Source of the DNA: Polymyxa betae A26-41 | Taxonomy: Eukaryota > Protista > Endomyxa: Phytomyxea | DNA length: 64,000 nucleotides | Assembly: GCA_003693705.1 (NCBI GenBank) | Contig: RBZT01000553.1 | Coordinates: 1-64,000 of the forward strand | Reading direction: 5' to 3' | In this document: piece after piece, positions 38,670 through 53,382 of the stretch | Position numbering within the stretch: position 1 is the stretch's first letter | Layout of the letters: every line of letters starts with the position of its first letter | Notes under the pieces: model-generated | Database searches by the model: none | What the model was told of the DNA's origin: nothing | What the model saw: the letters and a program-made list of their open reading frames with translations, nothing else | Made by a program: the position numbers and the translations under genes

Positions 38670-38996
38670 TCGAAATTTATAAAATGTTTTCGAATGTGGG
38701 GTCGATGGGGTGACTGTTGGGCTGGATGGCTTCGTCATGAAAATTGCAATAAAAATGATGAAAAAATTTTGTATGCGGGGTCGCTGGACTGGGAGGCTGG
38801 GGCGATGGGGTGGCTGCTGGAGGTCTTCGGCATTACCTCTCACCTACCTCTCATAATTGATTTGTTCTGCACACTGCACAATGTCGGCCAGCTTCAGGGC
38901 GTTGGTCGCCTGACGCTGACAAGATATCGCGAACCGGCACGTGCCCCCTCCCCCTTGCTAGTTTGCCGGCTTTACTGATATCTGACGATTGCAACC

Positions 38997-41923
<2,927 letters not shown>

Positions 41924-42001
41924 TACTCAATAATGTACATGTCTTGATTAATAATACAGATTCTGCTGTTCGCTTATTTCCAAACCACGCTATCATATTG
42001 T

Positions 42002-43809
42002 TTATTTAGGGACCGGCGTCTTTGACGTCGGTTTCGCATGCCTAAGTGATCTGGAGTCATTGACGGCCAGCGCCATCAGGCCCCTGGACTGCGGTCTTGG
42101 CGTCCATGGCAGCGATCTCAACGTGAATTTCGGCGTCGAATGCGTCTGTTTGGAAATGGTTGGTCCATCACTCCAATATCCTCCATCGTCATCCAGCGAA
42201 ATATCCACCACCATCCTGGTTTTATCGAAGATGAACATTCGCAGATCGCTCAAAGCTTGTTCATACCTGTGATTGGTAATGGTCGTATCTGGCCCTTTCG
42301 CGTTATGTAATCTCGATGGTACACCGCTAAGCTGTTCAGGCGCCTACAGCACATCAGTATATCATCGCTGTCAATTTCTGATCAGCAACCTCGAAGAGAG
42401 ACCGAATAACGTCAATCGACGTTCGGTTCGACAGGCGAGTATTGATGCTCGAATTCTCAGCGAACTTTGATTGGTCCATTGCTGATTTGATGCGCCTCCT
42501 GGTAGGACTGGAAGACGTCTTCTTCGATGCTGAAGTCGAAGGCCTCGGACGCGTCCTCCCAGGCTTTCTCGGTGTCGCCGATTTCGGTTTGATTTTATAT
42601 CTCACTGAATGGTGATCTCAGCAAGAACAGTTTCGAGACTGTCGCTATTTACATTGTGGCACTGCTGTCGAGACTGCAATATTGAAAAGCAGCGTATCGT
42701 TGGTCGGCATTCGGTTCTTCGCCAAACTTAACGCCCGGCGTCTAACCACTGCCGGCCCCTGAATAATCTTCATCTGGATTGAGCATCAGTGTCGGCGCAA
42801 TTGCATTGCGAATCGACCGCCGACCTGCTTCTCAAGCGATCTGAAATTGGCGGCGATCACAGCTGTGATGTTATGACCCGGAGGCAAATACAGTTTCGAG
42901 AAATCCAGAGCCTTGGAGTAGAACGCTCGTGCGACATCGAATCTGAACCATTTTTAGGTCGATGTTGATGCATTACGAAAATCTCTTCGACCTTCGCAAA
43001 TGCTCGTTCTCGACGGCGATATTATGGTAGGCGACTGCCGTCGTCAGGTGCAGGGGATGTTGATCGATCCCGAGCGCCGGCCGTGCCAACCGGGCGTGCA
43101 GTACGTTCAGCGCCGATTGCGCATAGTGGACCGCCGATCGATGCCGCCCGAGTTCCGATAGGATCGTGCTCATGTTCAATAAAGTATCTGAATCAGCGTC
43201 TTCATTTCAGGACCGGGTTACACATACAATGAGGCTAAAATCGCGACCTGGAACTGGAACCAATCTAACTCCTCCGCTCGTCGGCAGACTCTTCTCAGTT
43301 TTAACCGCTGCTGTGATGGCGCGCAGCGCCTGATGAAGGTCACCGAACCTGAATGGCATCAGTCGCGGCGATAACGTATGGGCGCTGCGGCGACCTTCGA
43401 TGCAAGCAACTGATGTTGCTTAACGTCGCTGCTCGCAGCGATATCAGGTCTTCAGACTGTCTGCCCTGCGTCAGCGCCAGCGCTTTTCGAAACAGTTCTA
43501 ATGCGATCTCGAAGTTGGCCGCCGCATCCTTCATCACAAGGCGCAGTGCGAAATCGTTGTATCGAGTCGCCAAAAACGATTCGGCTTCGGTGGTTTTGGA
43601 GCTATCGACGCCGTAATGCGATCGTTGCAATTTCAGGGCCTGCTCAAGGCAAACGATTTCCTGCCCATTACGGCCCTGCAAAGGATATCACGATTACGGC
43701 AAAACACGATGGGCGAAATCGTTGCCTTCTTGCGATAAGAATCGGCTTGGGCCAACAGGTCGTCAATGATTTCGTTCGGGTCGAGATTGGCATCATCTTC
43801 TTCTGGCAT
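42002..43809 (-). CDS. TPR-repeat protein with low-complexity basic C-terminal region, multi-exon
   Basis: CLEQALKLQR, ALELFRKALAL, ATLSNISCLHRR, NMSTILSELGRHRSA, AVAYHNIAVENEHL. Confidence 0.65.
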
Positions 43810-43944
43810 TGTGGCCAGCATCGGGCGGGATGCTGTCCGCTGCCGTTGTTCCCGCCCGGTAATTTACGATTACCGAATAGAACGAGTACGTCAAAATCGA
43901 ACAACCTTAAATGCAGATATTTATTGTTGCAGTTCTCGCAGCGA

Positions 43945-46900
43945 TCACAACGACGCTGGCACCATCTTATTCAGGATTCGCCTGGAGAATTTAAGGCATT
44001 CTTCCCAATCGTTCAGCTGGACTACGACATCGCTCAGCACCTAAATTTTACTATCATTACTCGAAATACGTTAGCTATATGGCGAGAACCTTTTCATACG
44101 GCAATGACTGCAATCGTAATCGACACGGTTCGAATGAGCATAGATTCGCTAAAGAGTACATACACGTCTTTCGAACAATTGGATCTGAGTCGCTGTTCCC
44201 TGGATAAAGTTTCCGCTAAGATGAATCCACCTCAATGCAATTGCTACCGATATGTTCGAGAAGTGATTCAATGCAGTTTAACCTGAGCAGCTCCGGGACA
44301 ACTTTATCTGAGAACCGCACAAGGTTTCCCAGAGCGCCAGCCGCGTTGATGGCTATCCTGCGATCGATGCTCCCCGATTCCTGAATACAGATCACCATGC
44401 ATCCTTTTTGAGAACCAACAAAACCTTTCTTACATTCGCCGATAATGACCTGATTAACTGTCCAATGCAAGGAGATAACGCCTCGCATAGCTCGTCATTA
44501 TGGAACACTGCATTCCCGATAGCAAAGGCAGCGTACTTCCGAACCTATATACGGTTAATTGATGACGCCCGCTCTGTAGAATATTACGAACTTGAGGGTC
44601 TGAATCCCGCGAGCATTCCATTAACGCAGGGAGAATACCATTTTGATTCAGATGCTGATAGAAAAATGGAGAGAATCGGCAAAGATTGCCCACGAAATTG
44701 CATGCCTATTGGATATCAGTAAAAAATTCGCAAAACAAGAATTCGGTACTTTAATGCGAATTTCAGGATGCGAATGCGTCAGTAACTTCAAAAGACTCGG
44801 ATAGATACTCGCCTGATGAATGTGCTGGTAATTTGACATATCAGTTCGAGCCAATTGGCAAAGGATTGTCAGCACCTAATAAAAGGAAATGTAAGAAAGA
44901 TGAAAAAGATCAGCAGATGACGAAGCAGCGCTTTTACATCTCCAATCAATGGAACACAGTTCATCTTGTCGACGAAAAATTCCATCTGGCGTAGCATTTG
45001 TAACCCGTTGTAATCAACAAACTGACGAGCGAAATGTTTCGAAGAAATGACCAGCCTGGTCAGCAGTAGGACCGGCGAGAACGATTCCGTACATGCCGAA
45101 TAAGGAATGGCACTAATCAGATGCTGAACGGCATGCTGATTGTACCTGAAATCGAAGCTCAGATGATCAGACAGGAGTCCAGTACGCTCCACTCCGACAT
45201 GGCTTTTTGCACACGAGCCAGAGCTACTGAATCGATTTGCGATCGCAGCGGGACATCGAGTAGGCGAATGACGGAGGCGATCAGCTGCGTAACACAAGCA
45301 GGGCCCCCATGGAGTTGTTCGGGCCAGCTCGATAGTTTCTGCAACCGGAATTCGTGCAGCAAACCAATTACTCCAGCAATCAACGTCTGAAGAAAACAAC
45401 GCGATCAGAGAAGTTTGGGGATTTCAACAGGGTTCTAACCTCCGACAGGTACGACGAGAAATCGGCGTGTTTTTCTGCCTCAAAGAGGACCTCGAACATC
45501 ATATCGATTAGCTCGTTTGAGGCCCTCGGAGAGAGCCAATTCCAAACATGGATGGAATGCAATCCCTCTGCCAGTTTCTGCCAAAGCCCGCTGCTTTTCA
45601 AAACGGGCAGAAAAGAGACCGGATCAGACTGAACACCTGTCGATGATTGACAAGAATGAAGACAGATTCTAGAATTCAAATACAGGATCTTAGCAATCTA
45701 ACAGCAGCATCGAAATAGGCGTTCTCTGCCAGTAATAATTAGTTAAACCAACAGTACAAGGGGTTAGTGTGATTACCTAGCAGTCCATATCCGCTTCCAA
45801 AAATCTCGTTAAACGCAGTCTCCCAGCAATTTGGCACAACGTTGGCGATCCGCTCATTAGAGCTTTCTTTGGCCTAGTTTGAAGCTCTTAAAAGCAGAAT
45901 GGCAGAAGCTATTGGATGGGGTTACTTTAGATGTTTTAGGCTGAGTAGGAGTCGACATTGCTAATAACTGAGACACTACCGATTGGTCGCTGATGAGAGT
46001 CATGAAGGACGACGTCTGCACTACTATGAGATAGGTTCAGCATTAACAACGGATTCACCATGGATGTGCTATTCAACGCCATAAACGCTGCAAGCGCCAT
46101 ATGGCAGGACGAGGTTGTTATCCATTGCTGAAGCTGAGGCACCGAGAAAGGAGTCAATCCAGCTTCTTTCAAAGCTACAGTGCATTTTTGTTGGTTTGGT
46201 TGATAGCTTAATGAGATCGAGACATTCGCACCCACCTAACAATGCCAATGGCTGCAGCAAAGTCCCGGGTGCTGCTGTAGCAGATGACGCCAAAGAAGAT
46301 ATCCGTTCAGTAATATCATTCTGCGAATATATCAGAACAGCTCCGGATGAATCCGAATTTTTTTACATTCTTGACAAATTTATATCGAAATTTGTCGCTT
46401 AGTCTACAGGCCTAGCACAGCTAAGTTCGGTGAAGAAAAATGGCAACTTCATAGCCGACCTGAATCAGTATCCTGAGAGCGCAGATTGTAGTTTCAGCAC
46501 GCTCTGAATTGATTAAAAGCAACGCGAAGGAATCGAGCCAGCCGGCCTCTTCCACAGCATCGATAAAACATTCAAACACCTTAATCACGGCATCAGTATA
46601 ATGATCTACGATTACAGGCATATTCGAACTTTGGCGTGTAGATAGGGCAATGTGGCCAGCGTTTCATTCGACTGGGCGATCTCTTCAACCTGAAGATGGT
46701 CGGAATGATATGCCAAGACCAGGTCAGTATAGACACCTGAATGGCGTTCGTTTGCTCGGCGCCAAGGGGGAAGGCGACCCTCACTCCTGAGCATGGCGAG
46801 ACGAAATCAGCAATGACCGAAATGGCGCTGGCGCCATAATTCGTGGATAGTAAACTCAGGAGCGTTTTGATACAACTAAAACAGGTCGGTTAAAAACAGA

Positions 46901-48824
46901 ATGAGGCCGTAACGTTGCGAAACTAACGAATTCTTTCGAAATTCTTCCACGAAAATGAAGCTGTTTTCATGGCATGGCAATGTGGCCATTTTGCGAATGC
47001 ATTTCGACAGTATCGGGAGCGTCATGATCTGATTATGGCCGGAGGCCAAAATCCTCCCGGCGCCCGCAACAAAATGGAGGGAGATTTGACGCAAAAGAAG
47101 GTGATCGAGTTCGATGTCCTGAAAGCAAAGATTGCACAGAACATCGATAATCTTTAAAAGAGACGATACCCCCTCGGTATCTGAATCGAATTGATGCTAT
47201 CGAAAGAGCCAAAACGAGTCAAGTACCAGAAAGATTAGCGACGCTGTTCGTAATCGGATGAGCGATTCGTGATAGAAAAATTCTATCGGTATCGGTGAAA
47301 GGCTGATTAATGGAGAGCACTTTGGACAATGAGCTCCAGATAACGGCAGGAACATTTGAACCCTGATTCAGAGTTAGAGCACCCAAAAACAAACCAACAA
47401 TGCGAAAAGAAAAACCTTCAGGAAGGTGACGAGATCATAGATGAATTCCGGTTTCCTGCGAAGGCTCTTACAAAATTCGGAATCGTTAACCGCATCGCCA
47501 TAAGGCCAGACTCGCGGACGATTGTCAACGATTTGTTTCAAATTGCCTGAGCTGCCTTTGACACCCGGACTCGGTGACCGAGCTTTATTCGAAGCGCTCT
47601 TCTCCTTATTCTCTTTCTCATTGACCAGGTTTGGTTGAAACAGGAATTGGGAATTGCAAAGACGATCCCTAATCTTCGCTCAATGCAACGTTAGAAAGAA
47701 AGATTCCTGATAAACCAGCCTTGGTGTGGCGATACGCTCGCGAATTTTCCGCTCATCATCAGACTCTCGAATAAACGGGTGCTTCAAGATCTGTGACCAC
47801 GAGAGTCGTTTGCTTAGGTGAATGTCAGTACAATTTTGAATAACAATCTGAAACAACCTCTTACGCGGGCTCTTTCTGCAAAAGTCCAGAAAGAAACGAG
47901 CGAAACTTCTTCGACATGTCTTCTGGGAGCTGAACGGAATCTTTCACAATTCGATGTATGAGCGTGTAGATGCTCTTCGTATAGAATGGAGGATGCCCAA
48001 CGAATAGCTCATACAAAATTACCCCAAGCGACCAGAGGTCAACTAAATATACAATAGATTCAGAAGGAAACCCACCCAAATTCATTCTGTTTACCGGTGT
48101 GATCGTAGGGTTTTTCCTGAATTAGCTCTGGGGCCTATGAAAACAAGTAACTATAGGGATTGCTGGGATCAAAATGCAGGTTCACCATATAAAGAGGAGT
48201 CCCTTTTATTGAAGTCATGCATATCGAGTGTGTGCTCAGTGACCTGGCAAACCCGAAATCGCACAGCTTTACTGATCCGCCAGCTCCAATCAGAATATTC
48301 TTCAAAAGCCGTCATTTGCATCGACGATGGAACCGTTTTGTCTTTACCTGAGGTTTCATGTCACGATGAATAACGCGATTGGAGTGTAGATACTGGAGAG
48401 CTGCGACCAGCTCAACTGCGATCCTCTTGATTATAGTCTCGGGTAACCTTTTATCATCTTCCAGCACCTTTGAACGCATCTCAGAATCTTTAAATGACAA
48501 CGCTAAGCCGACTACCTGATATAGCTCGCCTTGGGCCATTTCTGTAACCACACAAATTTCAGAGTTGGTCTCAAACCAATCGAGCAAAAGAATGATATTG
48601 GGATGATTCAAATCCTAATAGCATAGCATTGGTTGGCGTTGTAGAAGCCAGAAAGAAAAGACCTGAAGGATAGCAATCTCTTGCCGGAGCATGGACAGGC
48701 ACGTTTTGCCTCGTTTAACGATGAACTTCATGGCGACAAGCTGGCCGGTGGATTTCCTTCGGCCTTTGTAGACCTTGCCGAAGGATCCTTCGCCGATCGG
48801 CTCGAGAATATGATAATTGTCCAT
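43945..48824 (-). CDS. STK36: Fused/STK36 (TIO-like) serine/threonine kinase with C-terminal ARM/HEAT repeats, multi-exon
   Basis: [79 protein letters not shown]; C-terminal [34 protein letters not shown]. Confidence 0.93.
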
Positions 48825-48904
48825 TTGGAAATGGGTCTGGCAAGCGAGACTTGGTTCACTAAGCCAACATGTCTTAAAGGAGGCCCCGTCGGTTACTGCT
48901 CATC

Positions 48905-49110
48905 TAAACATATTGTAATGTTACCTGCAAGGGGCCCCTCCTCGCCCAATGGACCAGTGTAATCATTACTTGCTGGGGTCACCTCTTGCCCTATCAAATG
49001 AATGGAATGTGCTGGGGTAGCCTCAGTGTAATATATTACATGCTAGGGGCGGGGGGCCACCACTCGCCCTATCAAACAGTGTAATGAGACATGTTAGGGT
49101 CCTCCCCTTC
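48905..49110 (+). repeat. Four imperfect copies of a roughly 45-70 bp unit with a GTAAT..(A)TTAC core, upstream of the Fused kinase
   Basis: TGTAATGTTAC, GTGTAATCATTAC, GTGTAATATATTAC and GTGTAATGAGAC, each followed by a TGCT-GGGG-like tract; GCCCTATCAAA x2. Confidence 0.65.
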
Positions 49111-49149
49111 TAACTTAGGTGCTATAATCACTTTACTATTCTCGTTGGC

Positions 49150-50719
49150 AGAGTCGGATGGAGACCTCGGGCCGACTATCGAAATCGTTTATTGATTATT
49201 GATAGGTGGCGACGGCTCGTCTCCATTGCTGCTCGAACTTGGGTCTGTCGCAGAGACGAAGCGGCCATTCTTTCTCGGACGATTCTGGGCGTAGTCTTGC
49301 CTCTTCGGATATCTAGAAAATTGAAGCTAAGTCGATATCAATGCAGACTGTCAAAACACACACTTTTTCGGGTTGCTGAGACCTTGGCTGATACTAATCT
49401 TCTTACCCTTCCATCGAGAGATCTTAATCCGGCGATTGATGTTTTTGATGCAGTCCCAGTTAAACGCCATCCTTGCTCGCTTCTCCTTTATCAACGGCGG
49501 GAACGATTCAGGGGCCTTGCATGCTGATAGTGGAAATGAAACCTCTGAATTGTTTGGTAACTGATGACTGGATCTCGAAATCGTCCTAAATTATCTTGCA
49601 ATCAATCGCTTTCAGAACTACTTCTTAAGGAAATTACCTTGTAGCAGGCGGCATTCGAGAAGGCACACTTACAGGCGCTTCTTGCTGAACTGTCAATGAA
49701 GCTTGGTGATGCCATGGCATTCTGACATTTCCGAAAATATCGTCAATGCCAGCAGCCGGTGGTCCTCGTCCAAGAAATCCGCCACCATCCAAATCGGCAT
49801 CGTCCGATATCGGCCTTGGTCGCTTCGGGGAACGTCTTGAGAAGCTATATTGAAGCGCCGCAGCATTGAACAATGGCAGATTGTTGGTGGCTGTCGCTTC
49901 CGTATCCGCCATCAGAAAGTCGTGGTGCGATTAGAAATCAGAGTAACGAATTGTTTTGATGGTGAAAATCGAACCACAATTAAGAATGAGAGTATGGCGG
50001 TGCTGGGCAACCGGGATATCAGGAAAGATCACAATTCGGTCCGATTCTTGGTAAATCTTCGTTGCGCCACAATTTAGGTTTCGCCGAATCGCCGAGCAGT
50101 CCTTCTGATAAGTTGCACACCGAAGCCCGATTTGAAGTCTGCCAGAATCAGACTCTACGAGAAGTTCTAGCTGTGCAGGTTTGGTAAAGCGACTGAAAGA
50201 CTGGCAACGGCATCGAGTAGTGTCATCATTCATTGGCTGTTGGTTCAAGAAATGGAACCCGTAGGTCTTTTGAGTCCATGGGTATTGTATGCTACTGCTG
50301 GGCGAAGTACGCCAGTTTGTATAAATGAATATACCAACCAGAAATGTTGTTCACGATTTATTTGGTATATATGGGTAATCATCGGCTATGAGAAGCGAGT
50401 ACCGCCTGACAGCCCAAAGCTAATTGTACTATCAGCTCGACATCACGGCTGCAGAATGTCTGCATTTCATATCCTTTGTGCAAAGCAAGTCGGATATCCC
50501 AACTTTGCTTACTTGATCAAAATGCCAACAGGTACCACCTCGGAATGAAAAAACTTCGTTAATATTCAACGGTTGAAGGAGCAGCAGGGATGCTATCAGT
50601 TTGAGGTAGGCTTCAACAAAGAGCGTTTGCGGTGTGCCATAAAACTTAAACGGCTGAGCAGAATATGTGATTGAATGAAATTGCATGGCATTCCGAGGTT
50701 TGTCAGTCGGACTGCTCAT
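49150..50719 (-). CDS. Hypothetical protein, multi-exon, boundaries approximate
   Basis: Series of minus-strand open segments beginning MSSPTDKPRN with plausible splice sites. No recognised domain. Confidence 0.35.
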
Positions 50720-50977
50720 TCTGAATTAATGTTGCTACGATTGGCATCAATGCCCAGCCAACATCAAATGATGGGCCGTCATTTACCATAAACAGTTCTA
50801 CTGTCGACGGCCGATCTCCGAGGGTCCCAATTAACCTCCGAGCCGTAATTTTTGATTGTCTATCTATAAAAGGGCTTACCTGTTGCCTGTCTATACCTTC
50901 ATTTTATAGTTATCATTGCAATTGTTGTATCGATTTCTATAGACATTAGCCGCACCTTATCGGACCAGAATTTCAGT

Positions 50978-51414
50978 ATGCCGAAAACCACTGTAAAATC
51001 AACCAAGCAATCAACTACCAAGAAGCGAAGTTCATCCAAACAATCCCGACAGTCAGCAAAGCCGAAACCGAATGGCACGAACGTAGGCGATAAAGAATCT
51101 CTTAACCGAAGGCAACCAGCTGCTACCGGCCACCACGTAGATTTTGCACTTCCAAAGTCATCGTCGGGCAGGGCTTCTACGAAGCCAGCAATCCCAGCAA
51201 AAAATAGAATAGTACCGGTTGAACCATTTACCTGGGACCTGATAAGAAGCCTTGATCGTCGGATGAAAGTCGCTCGATGGTGCACCGGAAAGCCAAAACC
51301 AAACAAGTTTGTGGTTTTGTAATTTGAATATTGACAAAACTTAAGCTCTGTAAGCAGATGCATTAAGAAGAAAGAAAAGGCAAAAAGCCGCCCTCGAAAG
51401 GGCAAGCCGCTTTG
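50978..51414 (+). CDS. Hypothetical small basic protein
   Basis: K/S-rich ORF MPKTTVKSTKQSTTKKRSSSKQ..., probably continued after a short intron by CIKKKEKAKSRPRKGKPL*. Confidence 0.35.
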
Positions 51415-51526
51415 AGAATATCTGCTGAACAGTAACCGCTTTGCAGCTGTAGCCACATTAGGCGCATAATAAACAGGCACATCCTTGTCTCAATAGTATC
51501 AGCAACCGTAATGAGAATGCGACAGT

Positions 51527-52976
51527 TCAGCTGATGGTTGATTCAGCCTTGTGAGATGTAGCTTGGTCCGAATCGCTCGTGGGGACTGACGGATTGGGAT
51601 TCAGAACCAGCCGAACTGGACAGTGATCAGAGCCAAAGAAGGACGTCCATTCATGGGGCCCATGGGTGATACAGATCTTGATTCTACTGGCAAGCGATTT
51701 GGATACCACAAAATGATCGATTCTCATCGTCTTGCGATTGTACATTCCGGAATCGTGGCCTCTCCATGTATGACCATCGAACAATTCACCGGGGCCCGGC
51801 AGCTTCGCTGGATTCAGGAAGCGATATGCGTCCACAGCGTCAGCATCGGTTAGGAGGCGCTGATGACGTTCTTGTTCGGCGTCAGTGCATCCCGGCTAAG
51901 ACATACGATCAGAACCAAGCGACTTTCGGATGCGAGAATGAAAGCTTGCTTGTAAAGGTAACGAGCATTTTTCGGCAAATTTACCTGGTCACGTTGCTTG
52001 TAGAAGTTGGGATGGCTCATATCGCATCGGGTAGGAGCGACATTCTGAAAACAAAAATTAGTGAAGTGCTTGATGTCTCCAAACAATCTACAACCAGGTC
52101 TCCAAGCCAGATAAATTCAATACCGGATTTCCTGAAGCCGGTCAACTTGTCATAGATGGCCTGGTCCCATTGCAGGCGGCGCTGCAAACTTTGTTCCGTT
52201 CGCCCATTGTTTGGACTATACCTATGATGGCAACAGTCAATTTGCCTGAAGAACGGGCTGAACATTCGACGTGACAAAAGGAAACACATGAAAATCAACG
52301 AAAACGATATTGCTGGAGGCATTACGTTGACAGAATAGTGAATCCATCGTAGACGCAAACGCTTATCCTGCCTTCGGGATGGTGTCCAGAGCCGTCGCCA
52401 TTGATCTGCTCCAGATTGAATTGTATAGATTTTGGCGCCATCGTTCGTCTTATTAGGGTGAGGGTTCCAGCATAGCCCTTGTCAGCCAATGACCAATAGG
52501 CAACGTAGTCACCAAAGTTGCTTTCTATAAAGCGTTGAATGGCCCTAGTATCTGAGAATTTAGGCGATATCCGGTCCCGTAATGTTTTCGATTCTGCAGG
52601 CAGTCTAACCTGGTGAAAGCGTCAGCAGCAGCTTGGCTGTAAGCAAAAAAACGACTTGATGAATGAAAAGAAAAATCTAATCAGAAACCGATCTTACTTC
52701 CTGAAGCGAAATAAAATCAGGATTATGCGTTTTGATAAAGTTGGAGAAAGCAGTGAGTTCGCCCGCTTTCAGGCGGGCATTCAGTGAGTTGACATTGAAG
52801 GTGACAAACGAGAGCGGACATCCATCAACAGAGCTGACATCGTCCAGACGCGGCGTCTTGCTGGTCCGTCCTGTGGCGAGCTCTTTGAAGCTGGGCGTCA
52901 CCTGAAAGTACCGCTTCATGGGCAGACCAAGGCCACGATGGGTCCGAACGAACGCAAAAATCTTCGAATCTGACAT
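51527..52976 (-). CDS. AP endonuclease (ExoIII/APE1 family, APE1L-like), multi-exon
   Basis: TFNVNSLNARLK, SLQEV, KGYAG, HPEGRI, TYSPNNG, WLGDLN, TWRG, MRIDHFVVS, GSDHCPV. Confidence 0.9.
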
Positions 52977-53382
52977 AATTTCACAACAGTATCTCAGAGC
53001 TAGCGCTGAACAGAGCCGAAACGATTTCGAAACAATCCTGCATTTATCACGGGGGCAGATCAGCTGCCGAATGACATTCGCTTGCAAAATTAAGACACCC
53101 AAGTCCCAAATCTCATGGCTTCGATCCATGACTTTAAACCGGCACTGTCATGTCTCATTGATCGAGAGAGCCGTAGAGACGAATGCCTGTCTGTTTTATA
53201 AGTGAAGGCTCTCAATATGCGATCATATTGGATTTGTAATAGACTGGAGAGGGGGCCGCGCAGATCTTTGCCATCGTCATCAACACCATTTCATACATCG
53301 TATCTACAATCATCAGCCATTTGGCTCTGGTCACTGCCAACCCTGTATTGCGGTTTTCAGTCGCATCTCGACCTGGCTGACC

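Noticed and set aside
43668-43945. Apparent overlap or fusion of the Fused kinase and TPR gene
   Set aside because: Manual splicing gives a Fused stop at 43945-43947 and a TPR ATG at 43809, so they are two genes about 135 bp apart.
43501-44286. 261-aa plus-strand ORF, and similar antisense ORFs (e.g. 33848-34438, 50899-51480, 11263-11793)
   Set aside because: These are shadow ORFs overlapping better-supported genes on the opposite strand and have no recognisable motifs.
48905-49110. Possible CRISPR array
   Set aside because: The repeats are degenerate with irregular spacing and no distinct unique spacers. There are no cas genes, and the context is eukaryotic.
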